64,000 bases of DNA, taken from IMG/VR virus record IMGVR_UViG_3300046523_000117; one strand, written 5' to 3'. Made by a program: the position numbers and the translations under genes. The stretch is from a virus (taxonomy: Duplodnaviria; Heunggongvirae; Uroviricota; Caudoviricetes). The notes beneath the pieces are model-generated. The model was given only the letters and a program-made list of their open reading frames with translations. It searched no databases and had not been told where the DNA came from. Positions 59,636-64,000 of the stretch are shown one piece after another. Numbering within the stretch: position 1 is the stretch's first letter; each line of letters starts with the position of its first letter.

Positions 59636-62158
59636 TCACATAAAGAAGTCTTCAAGACAGATGGAATCTTTGTATTTCCATCCAATTGCATCACAAATTG
59701 TTGCTAGTGGTTTGATGAATGATTTCTCAAACATCAAATTCCGATCCAAATACCGAAGTACCGTATCTGGGTCCATCGCTTCCGGGATTCGCGAACCTGC
59801 AAGGTAGGCAAATGTTTCGGAACCGTATTTATTCGGAGTTCTCAGGCGAACCATAGCGATTTTCTCGCCTTCTTTGATCGGGTCTACACCATCGGTCTTC
59901 TGGGCCAACCGGTTGTGGGCCAGAACGCCTTTAATGTGTCCGGGGCATCTGAAACCCGGCAGCAAACCCGGCAAGCTGTACTTCTGTAGGTTGTTTGCGG
60001 AGGACACCCCGGCAATCTCCCTGTAATCCACGGTCTGATAGTGTTTCTCAGCCGCTGTAACCAATTGAATCAAATCCTCACGCTTTTCCCCAAGGATCAT
60101 ATCGATTGCATCTTTCAATGCAGTTCGAACGTAAGCCGGGGTACTACCACGCTGGGTTTCAATCCCCATGATTTTTGTTTCTGGTTCCTTGTAGCGGTAA
60201 CCTTCCATGTCCCACACCCAAAGGGCATAACGTTTCTTCGCGATAAAAAACCCGGTCGAAGAAATCGCTTCACGCTTCATGTACATGACAGAATCGTAAT
60301 GGTTCATGTAGGTAGCTAATTCGGCGTACCATTTGTTCAACAGTGGCTGTACTTTCTTCTCAGCGAATTGATCCAACATGTTCACGGTGTCATTGATGGA
60401 ACGATCTGGGTAGAACTTTTGAACCAAATCATCAAAACACACGTAGCAAGAGTCAGTATCGATTGCCACAACCCGATCTTTCTTCGGACCACCAATTGCG
60501 TTGTTCAACATTTCATTGAAGTGGTTAGCCGACCATTTGATGATAACCTGACCGGTTAGGGTCACAGCCTCGGCGTTGCGAAGGTCGTAGTACCGGAAGA
60601 ATGCGTTACCCAATGCACCATATGCAGAGTTGATCGCGATCTTTGCTGCTTTCTGCAACAGGTCATACTTACGAACGTCATCGTCATTGCCAGCGTGCTT
60701 GGCTTCTTTCATCAAATTCTTGAAAGTCTTCCGTTGGTTGAATACCAGTTCAACTACGGTTGGAATCACGCCACGAATATCTTTGCGGTAGCGAGTGCCG
60801 TTAGCACCAATCGAATATTGCTCGCGGTCCAGCTTCACGTTGCCATTAACGAAATCGTCAACGTTCGCGGTGTAATACTGATCAACGATGGTTTCAGGAC
60901 TGATATTTAGCTGACGAATAATCCCCGGATACAGGGATTCCAAGTCGAACGACATTATCCATTTCCAGAACCCTACCAACGGGTCTTTTACATACGCACC
61001 TTCAAACGCTGACGGTGTGCTACGACGCTTCATCGGTACAATTTTTTTCAACTTCCGAAGGTGGTTGAAAATAATCGAATCCCACTGTTTGATAGGCGAA
61101 TAGCCGTCCTCAAACGTCATCCCGGCATCATAGGTCATGTACATCATTAGATCGATCAGCAGAAGCTTATCGTTGATGCGCTTGACCAGTTCAACGTCCA
61201 CGATGTTGTAATCTAGGTAGCGTTGCGGATCTTTGATCGCCAGTTCTACTAGAGAGCCTTCAAAGTCCAGCTTGGTTTCGCCAAGTTCAATGGTTGCAAT
61301 TGCACCCAGTCGGAAACTAGAACGCGGCTCAAGTACGAACTTCTTGTACAGCTCAATGTAATCAAGCTGTGCGATACCCAGCAATTTGATGATTTGACGC
61401 TGGCCGTTCTGGTTATCCTGCATGGTCTTGATTTCAGAACGACCATACGGGCTCAGGGAATCAGCTACAGACTCGCCTAGGACCATTGTGATACGGCGGT
61501 GCAGATACGGGATGTCGAAGCTGTTGGAATACCAGCCAGTTACGATATCCGGGAAATTCTCTCTCCAGTCTTGTACAAACTCTTGGAGCATTTCCTTTTC
61601 GTTTACAAACTTGTGAAACCTTACCTTTGCCAGCAACTCAGGCTTGAGAGACGATTTGGTCTTAGACCATTCTCGATACGAATACACGTCGTAACGATCA
61701 TCGATGTTGTCATACATCGTGATTGCATCAACGGGCCATTTGCATATCTCTGGATCTGGGAACCCGTCTGCCTTGGCGGTCGATGGGTCATTTGGATCGG
61801 TATAGGTCGCGGCATGAACTTCGATGTCGAGGTTCTTGATACGGACTAGTTTCGTATCTGGTTTTTGATCGCCAAACACGTCTGAAATAAATGCGAGGGT
61901 GAAGTTATCCATCCCGTTCACAACACCGTTCGACACAGCTTGAGTATCACGAATGTAAGCCGATGCTTCATACATGTTATCAAAGTGCATTGGCAGTTGG
62001 TTTACACCGTAAATGTCGGTATAGCCGGTCTGCTTATGGGTTGGAACAAACAGCGTGGGGGAATAATTGTACTTCTCACGAAACGGGATACCATTTTCGT
62101 ACCCACGAACAAATATGTGCTGACCGATTCGATCAACAGCAGTAAAAAATCTTGACAC
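59636..62158 (-). CDS. 43: DNA polymerase (gp43, family B)
   Basis: 840 aa; N-terminal exonuclease and pol motifs; collinear with RB69/T4 gp43. Confidence 0.9.
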   Translation of the reverse strand: MSRFFTAVDRIGQHIFVRGYENGIPFREKYNYSPTLFVPTHKQTGYTDIYGVNQLPMHFDNMYEASAYIRDTQAVSNGVVNGMDNFTLAFISDVFGDQKPDTKLVRIKNLDIEVHAATYTDPNDPSTAKADGFPDPEICKWPVDAITMYDNIDDRYDVYSYREWSKTKSSLKPELLAKVRFHKFVNEKEMLQEFVQDWRENFPDIVTGWYSNSFDIPYLHRRITMVLGESVADSLSPYGRSEIKTMQDNQNGQRQIIKLLGIAQLDYIELYKKFVLEPRSSFRLGAIATIELGETKLDFEGSLVELAIKDPQRYLDYNIVDVELVKRINDKLLLIDLMMYMTYDAGMTFEDGYSPIKQWDSIIFNHLRKLKKIVPMKRRSTPSAFEGAYVKDPLVGFWKWIMSFDLESLYPGIIRQLNISPETIVDQYYTANVDDFVNGNVKLDREQYSIGANGTRYRKDIRGVIPTVVELVFNQRKTFKNLMKEAKHAGNDDDVRKYDLLQKAAKIAINSAYGALGNAFFRYYDLRNAEAVTLTGQVIIKWSANHFNEMLNNAIGGPKKDRVVAIDTDSCYVCFDDLVQKFYPDRSINDTVNMLDQFAEKKVQPLLNKWYAELATYMNHYDSVMYMKREAISSTGFFIAKKRYALWVWDMEGYRYKEPETKIMGIETQRGSTPAYVRTALKDAIDMILGEKREDLIQLVTAAEKHYQTVDYREIAGVSSANNLQKYSLPGLLPGFRCPGHIKGVLAHNRLAQKTDGVDPIKEGEKIAMVRLRTPNKYGSETFAYLAGSRIPEAMDPDTVLRYLDRNLMFEKSFIKPLATICDAIGWKYKDSICLEDFFM

Positions 62159-62203
62159 TCATAATCCTTGCAAGCGTAAGGGCGATGCATACCCAATTAT
62201 ACA

Positions 62204-62245
62204 ATAAAAAAGCCGTGTCTTAAACACGGCTCTCAGTTTTATTTG
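62204..62245. terminator. bidirectional rho-independent terminator overlapping the regA stop
   Basis: ATAAAAAAGCCGTGTcttaaACACGGCTCTCAGTTTTATTTG. Confidence 0.7.
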
Positions 62246-62612
62246 CGCCGATGTTGTACTTGTAAACCTTTTTCCAGCCACCTTCATTTGCTTCTGTGTA
62301 AGAGATAATCCTAAACAAGTTGCGTCTTTCGGATGTTGCTAGATTTGGATTAACAATTCGGCATAGCTTCCACTCTTGTAAGAGCTTGGCAATGTCGTTT
62401 CGACGTTCGGTGTCTTCTTCTGTCATCAGGGCAACACGCCCATCCAGTTCCAGAAGTTCTTTAAAGTGGACGATATAAACTTTTCCACGTTTGTTCAAGA
62501 TATGACAAGACTGGTAAATTACCTTGGACTTGTTATTTGCAATACCAATTCGAGTCAGCGTTTCCCGGATCTTGGGAAAGCTATCCTCTTGGCTCAGTTC
62601 AATTTCAATCAT
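62220..62612 (-). CDS. regA: translational repressor RegA
   Basis: MIEIELSQEDSFPKIRETLTRIGIANNKSKVIYQSCHILNKRGKVYIVHFKELL closely matches T4 RegA MIEITLKKPEDFLKVKETLTRMGIANNKDKVLYQSCHIL. Confidence 0.9.
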   Translation of the reverse strand: MIEIELSQEDSFPKIRETLTRIGIANNKSKVIYQSCHILNKRGKVYIVHFKELLELDGRVALMTEEDTERRNDIAKLLQEWKLCRIVNPNLATSERRNLFRIISYTEANEGGWKKVYKYNIGANKTESRV

Positions 62613-62628
62613 CGTGAAATACTCCTAA

Positions 62629-63033
62629 TCACCGAGTATTTACAGCGTTCCGACCACCGAAGTTTGTAACCTTGGCTCGGAGAATTTTCAATTGATCCGT
62701 GCTTAGTCGCTCACAGAGTTCCGAGGCTTTTTGCATACTGACCTTGTAATAGGTCACTACGTCATCCAGATACTCATGTTTCTCGTTCTTTACCCACTTG
62801 CCATACCGCTTTGTTTTGCGAAGCCCATGATACAAATAGTCATATTGCATCTTATTAGGTAGCTTCGAATGCCGATTCAGAAATTCGACAAACGGCATAG
62901 AATCTAATGTCGCACTTAGCGTCCGGTTGATAACGAACGGCAAATACTGCCGTTCGATCAATGGGCTAACCATGATATATTTCTTGTCGTTGATTGAATT
63001 CACAAAATCGAACGGCGAGAATTTTTCACTCAC
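62629..63033 (-). CDS. 62: clamp-loader small subunit gp62 (C-terminal ~134 aa; GTG start in the track)
   Basis: KTKRYGKWVK vs T4 gp62 RGKRYGKWAK; lies between regA and gene 44 as in T4. Confidence 0.65.
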   Translation of the reverse strand: MSEKFSPFDFVNSINDKKYIMVSPLIERQYLPFVINRTLSATLDSMPFVEFLNRHSKLPNKMQYDYLYHGLRKTKRYGKWVKNEKHEYLDDVVTYYKVSMQKASELCERLSTDQLKILRAKVTNFGGRNAVNTR

Positions 63034-63214
63034 GAATAATCTCCATCACTTCGATTTTCGTGAAGTCCGGGATCATATTGCCATTAAAGATCAATCGCCA
63101 CGTTCCATCCGGGAGTTCATCCAAGTGGATCATCCGTTTATCGGTTTTAATGGCAGTGACCTTTGACAGTTCCAGAACTAAATCCGTTCCTGTCAATTTG
63201 ATCGCCCGTCTCAC
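63026..63214 (-). CDS. hypothetical 62-aa ORF between gene 44 and gene 62 (possible detached or frameshifted N-terminal part of gp62)
   Basis: ATGA overlap with the gene 44 stop; 8-nt overlap in another frame with the gp62 ORF. Confidence 0.35.
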   Translation of the reverse strand: MRRAIKLTGTDLVLELSKVTAIKTDKRMIHLDELPDGTWRLIFNGNMIPDFTKIEVMEIIRE

Positions 63215-64000
63215 ACGAATTCCACGTTCGTCATTAGTTGAACCATTAGCCAGTTCATGTGAATTTCAAGATCCGGCACACGGCTATACGCTTCCTGATT
63301 CATACCGATGATTTCAATCATGGTCGGAATACTGGCAGGCTTCGCCAAGGTGTACAAAGTGTCATAGATCGCACGAATGAACGTCGGATAGTCGCTCGCG
63401 AACTTCGGAACCAATGCCCGAATTTCGTTGAACTTCTTCGCTTTCAAGTGACCAATCATGACTTCGACATCAGAACCGGAAGTAACCCGGCCTAAAATAC
63501 CTTCGTCAATCACACCTTTCATCGAATAGGTCTGCAACGTTACCAACATCGCCCGGTTGTCTGGGAACTTACGTTTCACCAGCTCAGCCACGGCCATCTT
63601 GCTATCAACCTGAATGCCTTCTTTAGCCAGAATTTCAAGGCAGCGCATAATCTGGCCTTTCATCATCGTAGCTTTTTCAGCTTGCGGGATCGAAAATTCG
63701 TATTGCATCATTCGGCTTCTGATCGGTTCAATGATCTGATTCACGTAGTTGCACGTCAGAATGAATCGGCACGATACCGAGAATTCTTCGATGATCCCAC
63801 GGAAAGCTTTTTGAGCCGCGTCCGACAGGTTATCAGCTTCGTCCAGAATGATTACCTTGCAATTCGACATCATCGAAATCGTTGATGCGAACTTGGTTAC
63901 ATCATTTCGAAATACGTCAATACCGGACTCTTTAGAGGCGTTGATGAACAACACATCGGCATCGAGTTCGTTGCAGATAGCTTGGGCTACCGTCGTTTTT
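63211..64000 (-). CDS. 44: clamp-loader large subunit gp44 (AAA+), 5'-truncated by the window end
   Basis: The reading frame stays open to the window end. KTTVAQAICNELDADVLFINAS matches T4 gp44 KTTVAKALCHDVNADMMFVNGS. DEAD Walker B is present and a sensor region follows. Confidence 0.85.
   Translation of the reverse strand, partial: KTTVAQAICNELDADVLFINASKESGIDVFRNDVTKFASTISMMSNCKVIILDEADNLSDAAQKAFRGIIEEFSVSCRFILTCNYVNQIIEPIRSRMMQYEFSIPQAEKATMMKGQIMRCLEILAKEGIQVDSKMAVAELVKRKFPDNRAMLVTLQTYSMKGVIDEGILGRVTSGSDVEVMIGHLKAKKFNEIRALVPKFASDYPTFIRAIYDTLYTLAKPASIPTMIEIIGMNQEAYSRVPDLEIHMNWLMVQLMTNVEFV

Noticed and set aside
62629-63214. Calling gp62 a definite programmed +1 frameshift product
   Set aside because: There is no detectable similarity between the 62-aa ORF and the T4 gp62 N-terminus, and a homopolymer-associated sequencing error is equally plausible. 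It is reported as a finding only.

Overview
This 64 kb window reads as a contiguous piece of a T4-type (Tevenvirinae-like) myovirus genome. Every credible gene is on the minus strand, so the whole window is transcribed right to left; the plus-strand ORFs in the track are antisense shadows. Coordinates ~50-64 kb carry the T4 replication/recombination core. In minus-strand order this is gp44 (partial, window edge), gp62, RegA, gp43 DNA polymerase, UvsX, gp41 helicase, gp61 primase, a MazG-type (d)NTP pyrophosphatase in the gp56 position, DexA, a fused gp39/gp60 topoisomerase subunit and gp52. Coordinates ~41.7-49.9 kb are a metabolic and anti-defence block: a membrane-anchored SleB-like cell-wall hydrolase, an RNA repair cluster (RNA ligase 1, polynucleotide kinase/phosphatase, RNA ligase 2), a GH108-type muramidase, and the NadV (nicotinamide phosphoribosyltransferase) plus NatV (NMN adenylyltransferase-Nudix) NAD+ salvage pair. 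Coordinates ~34.6-41.5 kb hold an unusual cluster of nucleotide-signalling and membrane genes: an SPFH/flotillin-like protein, a calcineurin-like phosphoesterase, a DprA/SLOG-like Rossmann protein, a RelA/SpoT-type HD small-alarmone-hydrolase-like protein, two tandem paralogous protein-kinase-like proteins and a lipoprotein. Coordinates 12-34 kb are densely packed hypothetical genes, including CYTH, MazG plus Zn-ribbon, 2OG-Fe(II)-oxygenase-like, glutaredoxin and HAD-like proteins and many Zn-ribbon micro-proteins. They are interrupted by two iteron-rich, partly G-rich non-coding regions (12.9-13.4 kb and 14.8-15.4 kb). Coordinates 0-11.9 kb are a hyperplastic early region of ~35 tiny genes. 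Each gene or gene pair there is separated by one copy of a ~70 bp promoter-stem-loop cassette (PeSL-like), with at least 24 copies in at least two structural classes. The ORF-track starts that begin MHQM... are artefacts of translating into this repeat.
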